A stretch of DNA of 36,848 nucleotides from Actinomycetota bacterium (lineage in GTDB: Bacteria; Actinomycetota; Geothermincolia; Geothermincolales; RBG-13-55-18), in contig JAXHVT010000032.1 in NCBI GenBank assembly GCA_034188985.1, positions 1-36,848 of the forward strand. The letters run 5' to 3'. The first letter of the stretch is position 1. Each line of letters starts with the position of its first letter. Both the position numbers and the translations under genes were made by a program. The notes under the pieces were generated by a model. It ran no database searches, had not been told where the DNA came from, and saw only the letters and a program-made list of their open reading frames with translations. This document shows, piece by piece, positions 8,302 to 18,017 of this stretch.

Positions 8302-9633
8302 TCAGAACTCGGCCCTGAGGGCCTCGGTTATCTCCACCTTGGTGGCCTGACGCGCCGGGAAGACGCCGGCCAGAACCCCGACGACGAAGGCGGCGACGAA
8401 GGCTGCCAGCACCCCCCAGATGGTCGGGGAGGCGGGCAGCACGGTCATGTTGATGAGCAGGGATGCCGCGATACCCAGGGGTATCCCTATCAGCGCCCCC
8501 AGCATACACAACAGGATGGATTCGAAGAGGAACTGGAGGATTATCATGCGCTTGGAGGCACCCTGGGCCAACCTGACCCCTATCTCCTTGGTCCTCTCCT
8601 TAACCGATACGTACATGATATTCGCCACCCCCACCCCGCCGGTGATCAGAGAGATGGCCGCCACTCCGAAGATGAGGGCCGTCAAAACGTCGAAGATATA
8701 CTGGTAGGTATTCATGAGATCTTCCTGATCCTGGGTGTTGAAGTCCTGTTCACCGCCGTGATTCTCCATTACGGCAGCCTCCAGCGCGCTCTTGGCGACG
8801 TCGATGTTCTCCTCCGAATCCACTGCGGCATCGATCTCCAGTACAAGGTCCTCGAAACCCCCCGCCAGGGATTGGGCACCCTTCACCGGAATGTAAAGCT
8901 CCAGGTTGGGGTTATCGAACACTGTCTTGCGGCGTTCCTCCATCACCCCCACCACCTTGAAATCCATCGACTTCTCAGGGCTGGAGTTGGGGTCGGTGGG
9001 ATCCACGGCGGAGAGGTCGACATACTTTATGGTGATCGTCTTGCCCAGCACGTCCTCGCCTGTGGAACCGAACAGGGTGCTGGACACCAGGGTGCCCAGA
9101 ACGCATTCTCCGTCCACCTCGCTCGTTTCCTTCGACCCCCCGCCCCCCTCATCCGCCTTGAGGAAGCGTCCGTATGCCACCTCCACCTTGTTCATATCTA
9201 TGTAATGAGAGTCGGTGCCCTTGACGAAGGTCCTGGTCTGCTTGAGCTCGCCTCCCCCTCCTCCGCCCGTCTCGATATCGTAGACCATCTGGATCATGGG
9301 ATAAGCGTTATCTATATGCTGCATACTCCTGACGTCCTCCAGGTCCTGGATGGTGAGGGTGCTGGAGCCCAGGTTGGGCTGTGAGAGCATCTGTATCTGG
9401 CTGGTGGAGATGCCCTCCGTCTCCGAGACGGGCTCGCCGCTTCGCACTACCAGCAGGTTGGTGCCCAGGTTCTGGATCTCCTTGGTTATCTGGTTTCTCA
9501 CCCCTTGGCCCATGGCTATTAGGGCTATGACCGAGGCTATGCCGAAAATCACCCCCAGTATGGAAAGTATGGCCCGCATGGGATTTATCCTCAGGGAGCG
9601 TAGGGCGGTGCGGAATATCTCCTTCAGGTTCAC
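8302..9633 (-). CDS. ABC transporter permease, MacB/FtsX-like
   Basis: Real start most likely the GTG at 9633, whose GTGA overlaps the ATPase stop. N-terminal TM LRSLRINPMRAILSILGVIFGIASVIAL, a large periplasmic domain, then a C-terminal FtsX 4-TM region (KERTKEIGVRLAQGASKRMIILQFLFESILL...). The long ORF-track extension upstream is a GC-rich read-through artefact. Confidence 0.8.
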   Translation of the reverse strand: MNLKEIFRTALRSLRINPMRAILSILGVIFGIASVIALIAMGQGVRNQITKEIQNLGTNLLVVRSGEPVSETEGISTSQIQMLSQPNLGSSTLTIQDLEDVRSMQHIDNAYPMIQMVYDIETGGGGGGELKQTRTFVKGTDSHYIDMNKVEVAYGRFLKADEGGGGSKETSEVDGECVLGTLVSSTLFGSTGEDVLGKTITIKYVDLSAVDPTDPNSSPEKSMDFKVVGVMEERRKTVFDNPNLELYIPVKGAQSLAGGFEDLVLEIDAAVDSEENIDVAKSALEAAVMENHGGEQDFNTQDQEDLMNTYQYIFDVLTALIFGVAAISLITGGVGVANIMYVSVKERTKEIGVRLAQGASKRMIILQFLFESILLCMLGALIGIPLGIAASLLINMTVLPASPTIWGVLAAFVAAFVVGVLAGVFPARQATKVEITEALRAEF

Positions 9634-10631
9634 GGTCTCATACCTCCCACCGGCCGGGCTTTCAGGGCATCGTCCATGGCTCCCCCGCAGCTTATGCAGT
9701 ACCGGGCGAAGGGCCGGTTGGGGGTGCCGCAGTAGGGGCAGTCGACCTCGAGCCCGACCATCCTGCGTATGATGGTATCGGAAATCCGGGGGGCGACTTC
9801 CAGGGGGAAGCCGCAGTTGGCGCAGAATCCGGCCCGGGGGCGGTTGCCGAAGCCGCACCTAACGCAGATCTTCTGTCCGGCGGCCGGCGGCCCGGCCCTG
9901 CCCCCGGCATCGATCTCCGCACTGGTCACCACCTTGGACCTCACGGCCCGGTCCCCCACAATCCGGCCGTCCCTGAGCTCCACGATCCTTCCGGAATAAT
10001 TGGCTACATCCTTGTCGTGGGTCACCACGACTATGGTGCGACCCTGGGCGTTGAGCCGCTGAAGGATGCCCATGACCTCCCTTCCCGAGCTCTGGTCCAG
10101 GGCACCGGTAGGCTCATCGGCAAGGACGATGGCCGGCTGGTTGACTATGGCCCGGGCTATGGCCACCCTCTGCCTCTGACCTCCGGACAGCTCGTTGGGC
10201 TTATGATGCAGGCGGTCACCCAGGCTCACCGCCTGCAGGGCCCGGGCCGAGGCCTCCTTCCCCTCCTTCTTGGACATGCCCGAGTACTGCAGGGGAACGT
10301 TGACGTTGTTCAGGGCGTCCTCGTGGGGAAGGAGGTTGAAGGTCTGGAATATGATACCTATATGCTTGTTGCGTATCCTGGCCAGCTGCTTGTCGTCGAG
10401 GTCGCCGGCGCTTGTGCCGCTTATCCTTACCGTGCCCGACGTGGGCTTGTCGAGGCAACCGGCGATCTGCAGCATGGTCGATTTGCCGCAGCCCGATGGC
10501 CCCATGACGGAGACCATCTCCCCCTCCGCTATCTCCATGTCGATTCCCTTGAGGGCATGTACCTGGCTCTCGCCCATAGTGTAGACCTTGGTAACCCCCG
10601 CGAGCTGCAAAACGGGATAATCCACTACCAA
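9630..10631 (-). CDS. ABC transporter ATP-binding protein (MacB/LolD type) with C-terminal double zinc-ribbon extension
   Basis: GPSGCGKST Walker A, LSGGQRQRVAIARA signature, IVLADEPTGALD Walker B, VTHD H-loop. The C-terminus adds CVRCG...CANCG and CPYCG...CISCG (two CxxC-x-CxxC ribbons). Confidence 0.85.
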   Translation of the reverse strand: MVVDYPVLQLAGVTKVYTMGESQVHALKGIDMEIAEGEMVSVMGPSGCGKSTMLQIAGCLDKPTSGTVRISGTSAGDLDDKQLARIRNKHIGIIFQTFNLLPHEDALNNVNVPLQYSGMSKKEGKEASARALQAVSLGDRLHHKPNELSGGQRQRVAIARAIVNQPAIVLADEPTGALDQSSGREVMGILQRLNAQGRTIVVVTHDKDVANYSGRIVELRDGRIVGDRAVRSKVVTSAEIDAGGRAGPPAAGQKICVRCGFGNRPRAGFCANCGFPLEVAPRISDTIIRRMVGLEVDCPYCGTPNRPFARYCISCGGAMDDALKARPVGGMRP

Positions 10632-10825
10632 CCTCCCGAAGCATTCCCTCTATCGCTACTGCAGATTATAACAGCCGGCGATGGTGTCAGCCCCCCCAAC
10701 ATTTTTAAGTTGGATGGGGTCGGGTCTCCAGGAATGCCTTGGGCATCATCCCCGCCTGCGTTCATGGCGGGGTTTGTGCTACGAGATCACTCCGTGATGG
10801 CGTTGGTGGAAGGTCTGGTTCAATA

Positions 10826-10848
10826 GGGGCTCAACGGTGTTGAGCCCC
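10826..10848. terminator. perfect hairpin GGGGCTCAAC-ggtg-TTGAGCCCC downstream of the DUF3795-like gene
   Basis: Read directly: 9-10 bp GC-rich stem and 4-nt loop in the intergenic gap between the DUF3795-like gene and the ABC ATPase gene. Confidence 0.4.
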
Positions 10849-10882
10849 TACGATGATTCTATCGGGCCGGAACCTGTTTCTT

Positions 10883-11341
10883 CTAGGTTTTCTTCTTGCG
10901 GACCGGGCTGTATAACAACGGGCCCTCGTCGACCCAGCGGTTCACTCCCACCTTCTTTATCTTCCTGAGGTTCTTGATGTGCGCGTCGCCGTGTACGGGG
11001 ACCAGGAAATCCATCTTGCCGCAGTCGGCGAACTCGCCGCATTCCCAGCAGCCCTCGTATCCCCTCTTGATGGCACACTTAGCGATCTCGCAGAACTTGG
11101 AGCGGCCCCCGACCTTGCAGCCCTTGCACCTCAGCTTGACCAGGTTCCCCATGAATTCATACGCCTCCTGGTACTTCTCGGAATCCATGAATGGAATGGC
11201 CTCGGCCACCTTGTCGAATCTCACTTTTCTGAGCTCCTTGCGCAGGTCCCGTGCCAGATCCGGGATAGTCCCCTCGCAAAAGGAGCACTCCCCACAGTAC
11301 AAACCACAGTAGGCCGTCATCTCGGTGCGTTTTCCCGCCAT
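10883..11341 (-). CDS. DUF3795-like cysteine-rich protein
   Basis: MTAYCGLYCGECSFC... followed by further CxxC pairs (CKGCK, CWECGEFADC). Start probably at the internal Met (MAGKRTEM...). Confidence 0.55.
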   Translation of the reverse strand: MAGKRTEMTAYCGLYCGECSFCEGTIPDLARDLRKELRKVRFDKVAEAIPFMDSEKYQEAYEFMGNLVKLRCKGCKVGGRSKFCEIAKCAIKRGYEGCWECGEFADCGKMDFLVPVHGDAHIKNLRKIKKVGVNRWVDEGPLLYSPVRKKKT

Positions 11342-11357
11342 AGTTGATCCTCCTCTC

Positions 11358-12752
11358 TTATCCACCCTTCGCTTGAGTGCATTCTCTCATGACCCCGGTC
11401 ATAAAATCGTGCTTGACCTCGTCGGCCCCGCGCCACAGGGGCTCGACCTTGCGCAGCCAGCCCCCGAATTCCACGGGATGTTCGGGGTAACGTTCGTAGA
11501 ACCCTTTCAGCCTCGCGGCCGCGATCCCCACCTCGGCTATGGAGGCCAGCTTCCTCGGGCTGAGCTTTCCGCCCACCACTCCCCTGGCTATGCCCAGCAG
11601 AACCCTCAGGGCATCGGCCGGGTTGGACACCAACTCGTATTCCAGGTTCAGGACCTGGGTACCCTCAGCCGTTAGAAGACCCGGCACGGTGAAAAGGTAC
11701 TCTATCTCGTCCTCACCCAGGGAAGCCAGACAGGGGATGACCGCCATGAGAAAGGCGAACTTGGACCCCTGGTCGCGAAAATAACGCAGATTGTAGGGCC
11801 ACAGCGCCTCCTTGGAGAGATCGTCGCGGGACAGGGCATCGGCGGCTACCTCGGCCGCGATGCGGCAGGCGGTTAACGCAGAGACGACTCCCTCCCCGTT
11901 GAAGGGTTTGCTCATGAAGGCGGCGTCACCCACGACCATGAAACCGTTGTCCACCAGCGAGTAGGGCGGCCGGCGGTAGGGCACCCTCCCGATCGTTACG
12001 CTGCTCGCCTCCCCAGCGAATGGCAGGGTTGCCGCGAAAGCCTTGTGCCTGTTTCTGGCGGCATCAGGGCTGGCGGGGCAACCGATTCCCACGATGATCT
12101 CCTCTCCCACGCTGGGGGCGTACCAGCCCTGGGCATGGAGATAAGAATTGATGTCCGGCTCGATATCCCCGACGATATCCCGCCACGACTCCATGTAGAC
12201 GACGAGGGTATCGAGGTCATGGACGGGGTCGTTCTCTAACCAGGGGCTGGAGGGCATAGAGGTCCTCACCCTGCCGTCGATTCCCGAGGCGTCCACGACC
12301 AGGTGGCTCCTTATCTCCAGGTCGCCGTTCTCCCCCCGCGCCCTGAGTCCGCCGGGGAATCCTCCCTCCCTTATCACCTCCAGGAATTCCGTCCGCTCCA
12401 GGAACTCCACCCCGGCTTCCCTGGCGTAGCCGTGAAGCCTGCGCATGAACAGGGGTTTGTACATGTTCATGGTGGGCACCCGGGAGGTAATGCCATGCTC
12501 TCCGCTCGGCGACCACATGGTTATATATTCCAAGGCATGCAGCAGCTCTTCTCCGGAGGGAAGCGGGATACCGGACCTCTCGAAGCCCACCTTCTCGATA
12601 TGAAAGGGCCCGATATCCTCCCCCAGTTGGTCCAGGCTCTTCCCCTCCACTACCAGGCACCTGAATCCGGCCTCCGCCAGCTTCCAGGCGAAGTAGCCGC
12701 CCGAGGTACCGGCACCCACCACTACCGCATCCGCCTCCAGGCTCTCAGCCAT
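11358..12752 (-). CDS. FAD-dependent oxidoreductase, geranylgeranyl-reductase family
   Basis: N-terminal Rossmann DAVVVGAGTSGGYFAWKLAEAG. Central GDAAFMSKPFNGEGV, the GDAAG-type FAD motif of GG-reductase-like enzymes. 464 aa. Confidence 0.8.
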   Translation of the reverse strand: MAESLEADAVVVGAGTSGGYFAWKLAEAGFRCLVVEGKSLDQLGEDIGPFHIEKVGFERSGIPLPSGEELLHALEYITMWSPSGEHGITSRVPTMNMYKPLFMRRLHGYAREAGVEFLERTEFLEVIREGGFPGGLRARGENGDLEIRSHLVVDASGIDGRVRTSMPSSPWLENDPVHDLDTLVVYMESWRDIVGDIEPDINSYLHAQGWYAPSVGEEIIVGIGCPASPDAARNRHKAFAATLPFAGEASSVTIGRVPYRRPPYSLVDNGFMVVGDAAFMSKPFNGEGVVSALTACRIAAEVAADALSRDDLSKEALWPYNLRYFRDQGSKFAFLMAVIPCLASLGEDEIEYLFTVPGLLTAEGTQVLNLEYELVSNPADALRVLLGIARGVVGGKLSPRKLASIAEVGIAAARLKGFYERYPEHPVEFGGWLRKVEPLWRGADEVKHDFMTGVMRECTQAKGG

Positions 12753-12899
12753 GACAACCTCCTTCGGACAGGATCACCCAAGATCGGTACCCGATCAATT
12801 CATTTTAGCAGAGAGGTACGGGGTTTGAGCCCGCGATTCAGGATGAAAGCAAGCGCCACGTGTATCATATCTACAATGAAAAGATAAAGACGACCTGAT

Positions 12900-14348
12900 A
12901 TGGATTTAAACAAGGAGTCCGTGACAAAGAAAGGTATTAAAATGAATCACATGCGTTGGTGGCGTATTGCTTCCATGGTTACCATGATCGTATTCATTGT
13001 GACGCTTCTTCAATTCTGCGTGGGCTGCGGACAGGAAGAAGAGCATGCCGATGTGATCGTGATAGGGGCCGGACTCTCCGGGCTTTCCGCCTCGCTCGCT
13101 CTGGCTGAGAACGGCGTTGATGTTCTACTCCTGGAAAAGGAGAACCGGGTGGGCGGAAAGCTCTACTCCACACCTCTGGGCGGCGTCGCCTGCAACCTTG
13201 GGGCGCAGTGGTTGTTCACAGGTATGAGCCCACTCATAGATCCGTATATCACTGAGCTTCCCCTGCAGGAGATCGATAAGAACGGGGCGGTATGGGACGG
13301 CAAGCTCGTTGATATCAGCGGAGAGGATTTCGTCGAGGAACTGCCGATATCGGACGAGGCCAAGGAGGACTTCATCGCCTGTATGGAAAAGATCGCCTCG
13401 GATGCACAATCCCTCTTCGAAACCAGGGACTTCCCTTTCGATAAGGAACCCGAGGATGATCTCTGGAACGCCCTCGAAAGCCATACGGTTGCGGACTACC
13501 TCTCCGTCTATCATCCGGACGTAACCAGGTTCTGGAATGCTCAGTTGGGACCGGAAGCGGGTGGAACCGCCGAGGATCTATGCGCCCTGCTGCTGGTAGC
13601 CTGGTGTGGGGATACGCCCGAGATACCCATGGCGCTCACGCAAGGTGGCAACCAGGAGCTGGCCGAGAGGGTGCTCGAGGACTGCGAGAAATCCAGCGTA
13701 AGGCTGGTATTGAACTGTGAAGTAACGGAAGTTCAACAGGACGGTGACGAGGTGATGGTTCGTTGTGGCAACGGCGAGGAGTACTCTTCGGATTACGCGA
13801 TTGTCGCGACCCCCGCCGGGGTGGCGAGGGAGATCGTCAGGGACTTGAGCCCCGAAAAGATCGAAGCGCTCGAGGCGATACAGTACGGAGCCGCCACCGA
13901 GGTCGGTATGCAGGTGAAGAACCTCCCTTCCGGGGAGGACCTCGGAAGCGTGCTGTTCGTCGGCCAGCCTATCTCCGGCTACCTCAACCAGACCGGGAAC
14001 GTGGCCGGAAACCCGGATACCGGCACGGTTATAAGCGTCTGCGTCGCTGATCCCGAATTGGAGGAACTCTCCGACAAGGAACTGGTCGAGAGCGTCGCTC
14101 AAGAATTGAAGCCGGTAAGCTCGGCCTTCGATCCCTCTACGGATATCATCTCATACTCGATCACAAGATGGCCACGCGCGGTGGTCAAATTCACTCCCGG
14201 CTTTCTATCCAATTACCAGAAAACGTTGAGGGGGCCTAACGGCAAAGTCTACTTCGCGGGGGATTACACCTGCAGTCCCGATTTAAGCGGTGCCGCCTGG
14301 TCGGGCTCCCTGGCGGCGGAGGGTGTGCTCGAGGCCATGGGAAAGTGA
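12900..14348 (+). CDS. flavin-containing amine-oxidase / protoporphyrinogen-oxidase-like FAD oxidoreductase with N-terminal signal/TM segment
   Basis: DVIVIGAGLSGLSASLALAENGVDVLLLEKENRVGGK dinucleotide-binding motif. Hydrophobic N-terminus ending ...LLQFCVGCG, a possible lipobox. The C-terminal GDYT block is typical of amine-oxidase-fold enzymes. Confidence 0.75.
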   Translation: MDLNKESVTKKGIKMNHMRWWRIASMVTMIVFIVTLLQFCVGCGQEEEHADVIVIGAGLSGLSASLALAENGVDVLLLEKENRVGGKLYSTPLGGVACNLGAQWLFTGMSPLIDPYITELPLQEIDKNGAVWDGKLVDISGEDFVEELPISDEAKEDFIACMEKIASDAQSLFETRDFPFDKEPEDDLWNALESHTVADYLSVYHPDVTRFWNAQLGPEAGGTAEDLCALLLVAWCGDTPEIPMALTQGGNQELAERVLEDCEKSSVRLVLNCEVTEVQQDGDEVMVRCGNGEEYSSDYAIVATPAGVAREIVRDLSPEKIEALEAIQYGAATEVGMQVKNLPSGEDLGSVLFVGQPISGYLNQTGNVAGNPDTGTVISVCVADPELEELSDKELVESVAQELKPVSSAFDPSTDIISYSITRWPRAVVKFTPGFLSNYQKTLRGPNGKVYFAGDYTCSPDLSGAAWSGSLAAEGVLEAMGK

Positions 14349-14694
14349 GCGGAGTGGATTCCCTCAATGAGGGTACACATCCTTTATCTAGAAAATATAT
14401 CCAGGTATTAGTATAATACCAAAGAATCAATTCGGAAATCTCGCGTCACTTCACGTGGGATATCGTCGTCGCTAACGTGCTGTTCGAGACGTGATCCCCT
14501 TTATAAACTACGCTGTAAGCTTGATGGCTTGCCCTTCTGATCCGGACTCCCGGAAAAGGCCTTGACCGACCCGTGATCTTCATGGGATCATGGCCGGGAA
14601 ATTCCCGGGGAAGAATAAGACCCGCGCTTCACGGGTATCCTATTCCTGAGCGAACAAGTCGGGCAGGCGGCGGAAAACAAGGGAGGTCTTGATT

Positions 14695-15147
14695 ATGATC
14701 GTCGATGAAAGACTGCTTGCGCCATGCGGCCTGTACTGCGGGGTGTGTGCGGTGCTCATAGCCCACCACGACGACAACGACAAATTCAAGGAGCGTCTTA
14801 CCGGGGTGTACGGCCTCAAGAGCGTAGAGGATATCCACTGCAAGGGCTGCCTCTCAGACGACCTCTTCATCTTCTGCGAGAGCTGCCCTATCCGAGAATG
14901 CTGCAAGGATAAGGGCATTGAGGGCTGTCACCAGTGCGACGATTTCCCCTGCGAGTTCATAGAGAAGTTTCCCCTGGAAGTGGGCAAGCGGGTCATAATA
15001 CGCGCCATTCCCTACCGCCGCGAGGTGGGCACGGAGAAGTGGGTGGAGGACGAGGAGAAACGCTATATCTGCCCCCACTGCGGTTACGTTTTGTTCCGCG
15101 GCGTCAAGAGGTGCCGCAACTGCAAGGCAGAGGTAGATCTAGATTAG
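14695..15147 (+). CDS. DUF3795-like cysteine-rich protein (paralog of 10883-11341)
   Basis: LAPCGLYCGVCAV..., CKGCL, CESCPIRECC, CHQCDDFPC, CPHCG...CRNCK. AGGGAGG Shine-Dalgarno ~10 nt upstream of ATG 14695. Confidence 0.55.
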   Translation: MIVDERLLAPCGLYCGVCAVLIAHHDDNDKFKERLTGVYGLKSVEDIHCKGCLSDDLFIFCESCPIRECCKDKGIEGCHQCDDFPCEFIEKFPLEVGKRVIIRAIPYRREVGTEKWVEDEEKRYICPHCGYVLFRGVKRCRNCKAEVDLD

Positions 15148-15188
15148 CCTAACCCCAGCGATCCAGCTTTACCCGGGGAGAAGAGGCC

Positions 15189-15683
15189 ATGCTTTCGGAG
15201 ATCGTCATCCAGGAGATGCTGGATGGAGAGGAGAAAACCGTATCCAAGCTGGTCGAGAAGGTCTTCGACGAGTTCGTCGCACCCGATTATGCCCCGGAAG
15301 GCGCGGTGGAATTCAAGAGATATATAGGACCGGAGGCCCTGATTAACCGTATGCGGGACGATCAATCCTTTATACTGACGGCCAAGGACGCCGGGAAAAT
15401 AGTGGGCGTAATCGCCATAAGGGGAGGACCGCACATATTACTGCTCTTCGTGCACAAGGACCACCATCGGTTGGGGATAGCCAGGGCGCTCTTCTCTGCG
15501 GCCAAGGAGCGAAGCCTGGAGAAAAGCCCCGACCTGGAGCGGATAACCGTTAATTCCTCGCCCTTCGCCATATCCGTCTACGAGAGTCTCGGCTTCGAGG
15601 CGACCCAACCCGAGCTGGTTATAAACGGCATCCGCCACACCCCCATGGCCTGCGATATAACGGGAGAAGAAGGGGTCACATGA
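15189..15683 (+). CDS. GNAT-family N-acetyltransferase
   Basis: VGVIAIRGG...LFVHKDHHRLGIARALF core (motif A-like, R/Q-x-x-G-x-A). 164 aa. Confidence 0.7.
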   Translation: MLSEIVIQEMLDGEEKTVSKLVEKVFDEFVAPDYAPEGAVEFKRYIGPEALINRMRDDQSFILTAKDAGKIVGVIAIRGGPHILLLFVHKDHHRLGIARALFSAAKERSLEKSPDLERITVNSSPFAISVYESLGFEATQPELVINGIRHTPMACDITGEEGVT

Positions 15684-15849
15684 TGTGTGTCGTCTCCTCT
15701 CTCGAGGATACCAGACCGGAAGATGGGTATACCATTGGATCTCGAACCCCCATGGAGAAGAGGGTCGGGTACTGGTGTCTGTCGCTTTCCCTGGATAGCC
15801 GCCACGTGCCTCCCAGGCACATTTTCAAGCCTGACCCCAGTGCCTAGAC

Positions 15850-17868
15850 TCAGAGCCCTTCCGGTGTTTCGGGTGTCTCGGGGATATCAGTTATACCGCT
15901 GTCCTCCTCCACGGCTACTATCCCTTCTCCGGCAGCCGCACCCGTCGAATCCCTGTTTATCACGCCCATGATCTGGGCCGCCAGCGCCTCGAGTGTGTTC
16001 GCGCCGCCGCCGGAGACCAGGATATCCGGCACGAACCTCTGGCCGCTATCGGAAAGGGCGTCGATGGCGTTGACCAGGGCGGTGGGCGTCTTTCCCAGCG
16101 CCATCACCTGCGCCTGGTATGCCTTGGCCCTGGCCATACCGACGGCCTCCACCTCGGCTCCCCTGGCGGCACCCGTCTCCTTTATATACGTTGCCTCACC
16201 GTCGGCTTCCGCCTTACGCGCTACGGCGTCGTTCTTGTTGATGTCCACGCCGACCGCCGACCTGGCCAATTCCTTCTGCATATCGGCGGTTCCCTCCGCC
16301 GCCTCAGTTTGAATGCGTTGCTCCTGTGCCTCCTTCTGCTTTCTGTAAGTGTCTATCTCCTGGTTGGCGATCTCGCGCTGGGTTAGAACGTCCACCATCT
16401 CCTGCGGAAACACGACGTCCTGAATGTATACGCCCCTGGTCACGACCTCGTAGTCCTCCAGCTTGTCCTTGATATGGTCGAAGGCGTCTTCCTGGACCTG
16501 CTGTCTCTTCTCGATGAAGTCTACGGCCCTCATGGACTGGAGGGTATCCCGGAAATGGTTGCCGACTGCGGCCTGCAACACCTCGTTGACGAGATTCTGC
16601 ATCGTTCCTACCATCGAGATAACTTTCGGAGCCCTGGTATCGGGAACGTGTATCTGGACCTGGAGGTCTATGGCGAATACAAAGCCCTCTCTCGATTTAC
16701 CGATGATCTGCTTCAGCTGCCTGTCGAGTTTATGCGCTTCCGACGATGCCTCGGCCCAGTTGAGCGTGATGATCTCGGTCGGGACTATCTCCGCCTGATA
16801 GCACCTGGGGTTTATCGGATACTTGCCCGTCCTCAAGGGCTCCTCCCATATCCCACGATGCCCCGGGCGGACCAGGCTTCCGAACTTGAATTCGGTGCCG
16901 GAGGTATCTATGGTAGCCAGGCCGACATATGCCTTTATGACGGCTACCTGGCCCTGTTCCACGACCAGCATGGGCACCAGTTCGACGCTCACCAGGAAGG
17001 GATTGAGGTTGTAAGCGCCATACAGCAGCGGGTCGTGCTGTAGACCTATCCTGCCCCCGTTGTCGAGGAAAGCCTGGTAGTCCTGATAGTTATTGTGAAC
17101 TCCGTTCTTTGTTCCCAGCAGCGTTTCTATCAGCACGAGATCCGGGGCGTCTCTATCCTCCGCCTCCTCGATGTCGGAGAATCCCCCCAACCTGGAGGCT
17201 ATGTCCCCCGCGGGCAGTGGGTCGCCTTCATAGGTTGTTACCACTCCCACCATGTCTATCATCTCTCCGCCGGGCCCGGCGGGGGCGGGCTGTATTATCC
17301 TGACTCCAAGCTGGCTCGCCGACAGGCCGAAAGCCTCGGGGGTCAATGAGCCGTGCTCCCAGATATAGGACTGCAGCTCCGGGGTCACGGGTACGCCGTA
17401 TACCTGAGACCTGGTGATGACCAGAAAGCCCACGGGGTGTATCGGGGCGTTGGTTCCCGGCGGAAGCACCGGTCGTTGAACGCCTTTCTGGCCTCCGTTT
17501 TCGACGAATGACGATATATCGCTGAAATTCCCCAGTACATTCTGGTATTCCGCGGATTTTGCCCCGATAGGGAGGGGTTTTCCAACCTGCGCGATAACCA
17601 CCCCGATCTCCCCGGGTGCGACTTGAACCCATGGAAACTTCCCCACCTTATAAAGAATCCAGAATTTCCACCTTATGCCTGGCATCAAGAGATCGGCCTG
17701 GTATCCTGCCTCTCCCCTGAAAGCAACGGGGTTGTCATCGGACAATTTCTTGATCGAGAACCTCTTGGAGACCAACCCTATTTCCGTCTGACCTATTCTT
17801 CTTAGCGATGGGATAATAAGCATGAGCAGAAAAAAGACTGCGAGTAGGACGATGATCACGGTACTCAT
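15850..17868 (-). CDS. flotillin-like SPFH/band-7 domain protein
   Basis: 672 aa. N-terminal TM helix, SPFH-like region, then a long Ala/Glu/Gln-rich coiled-coil (EAQEQRIQTEAAEGTADMQKELARSA...) typical of bacterial flotillin (YqiK/FloT-like) proteins. Confidence 0.8.
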   Translation of the reverse strand: MSTVIIVLLAVFFLLMLIIPSLRRIGQTEIGLVSKRFSIKKLSDDNPVAFRGEAGYQADLLMPGIRWKFWILYKVGKFPWVQVAPGEIGVVIAQVGKPLPIGAKSAEYQNVLGNFSDISSFVENGGQKGVQRPVLPPGTNAPIHPVGFLVITRSQVYGVPVTPELQSYIWEHGSLTPEAFGLSASQLGVRIIQPAPAGPGGEMIDMVGVVTTYEGDPLPAGDIASRLGGFSDIEEAEDRDAPDLVLIETLLGTKNGVHNNYQDYQAFLDNGGRIGLQHDPLLYGAYNLNPFLVSVELVPMLVVEQGQVAVIKAYVGLATIDTSGTEFKFGSLVRPGHRGIWEEPLRTGKYPINPRCYQAEIVPTEIITLNWAEASSEAHKLDRQLKQIIGKSREGFVFAIDLQVQIHVPDTRAPKVISMVGTMQNLVNEVLQAAVGNHFRDTLQSMRAVDFIEKRQQVQEDAFDHIKDKLEDYEVVTRGVYIQDVVFPQEMVDVLTQREIANQEIDTYRKQKEAQEQRIQTEAAEGTADMQKELARSAVGVDINKNDAVARKAEADGEATYIKETGAARGAEVEAVGMARAKAYQAQVMALGKTPTALVNAIDALSDSGQRFVPDILVSGGGANTLEALAAQIMGVINRDSTGAAAGEGIVAVEEDSGITDIPETPETPEGL

Positions 17869-18017
17869 TTCATCTCTCCTTTCCAGACTTAATGGTTAGA
17901 TTGGATATGACTGATGCCCTTAATATCCACCACATGATGAGATGATTCTACCTTAGTACGGATCGGATGTTTGGACTTTTTCACAAGTTATGGCCGGGAT
18001 TGGACCGGCTCCCTCGT

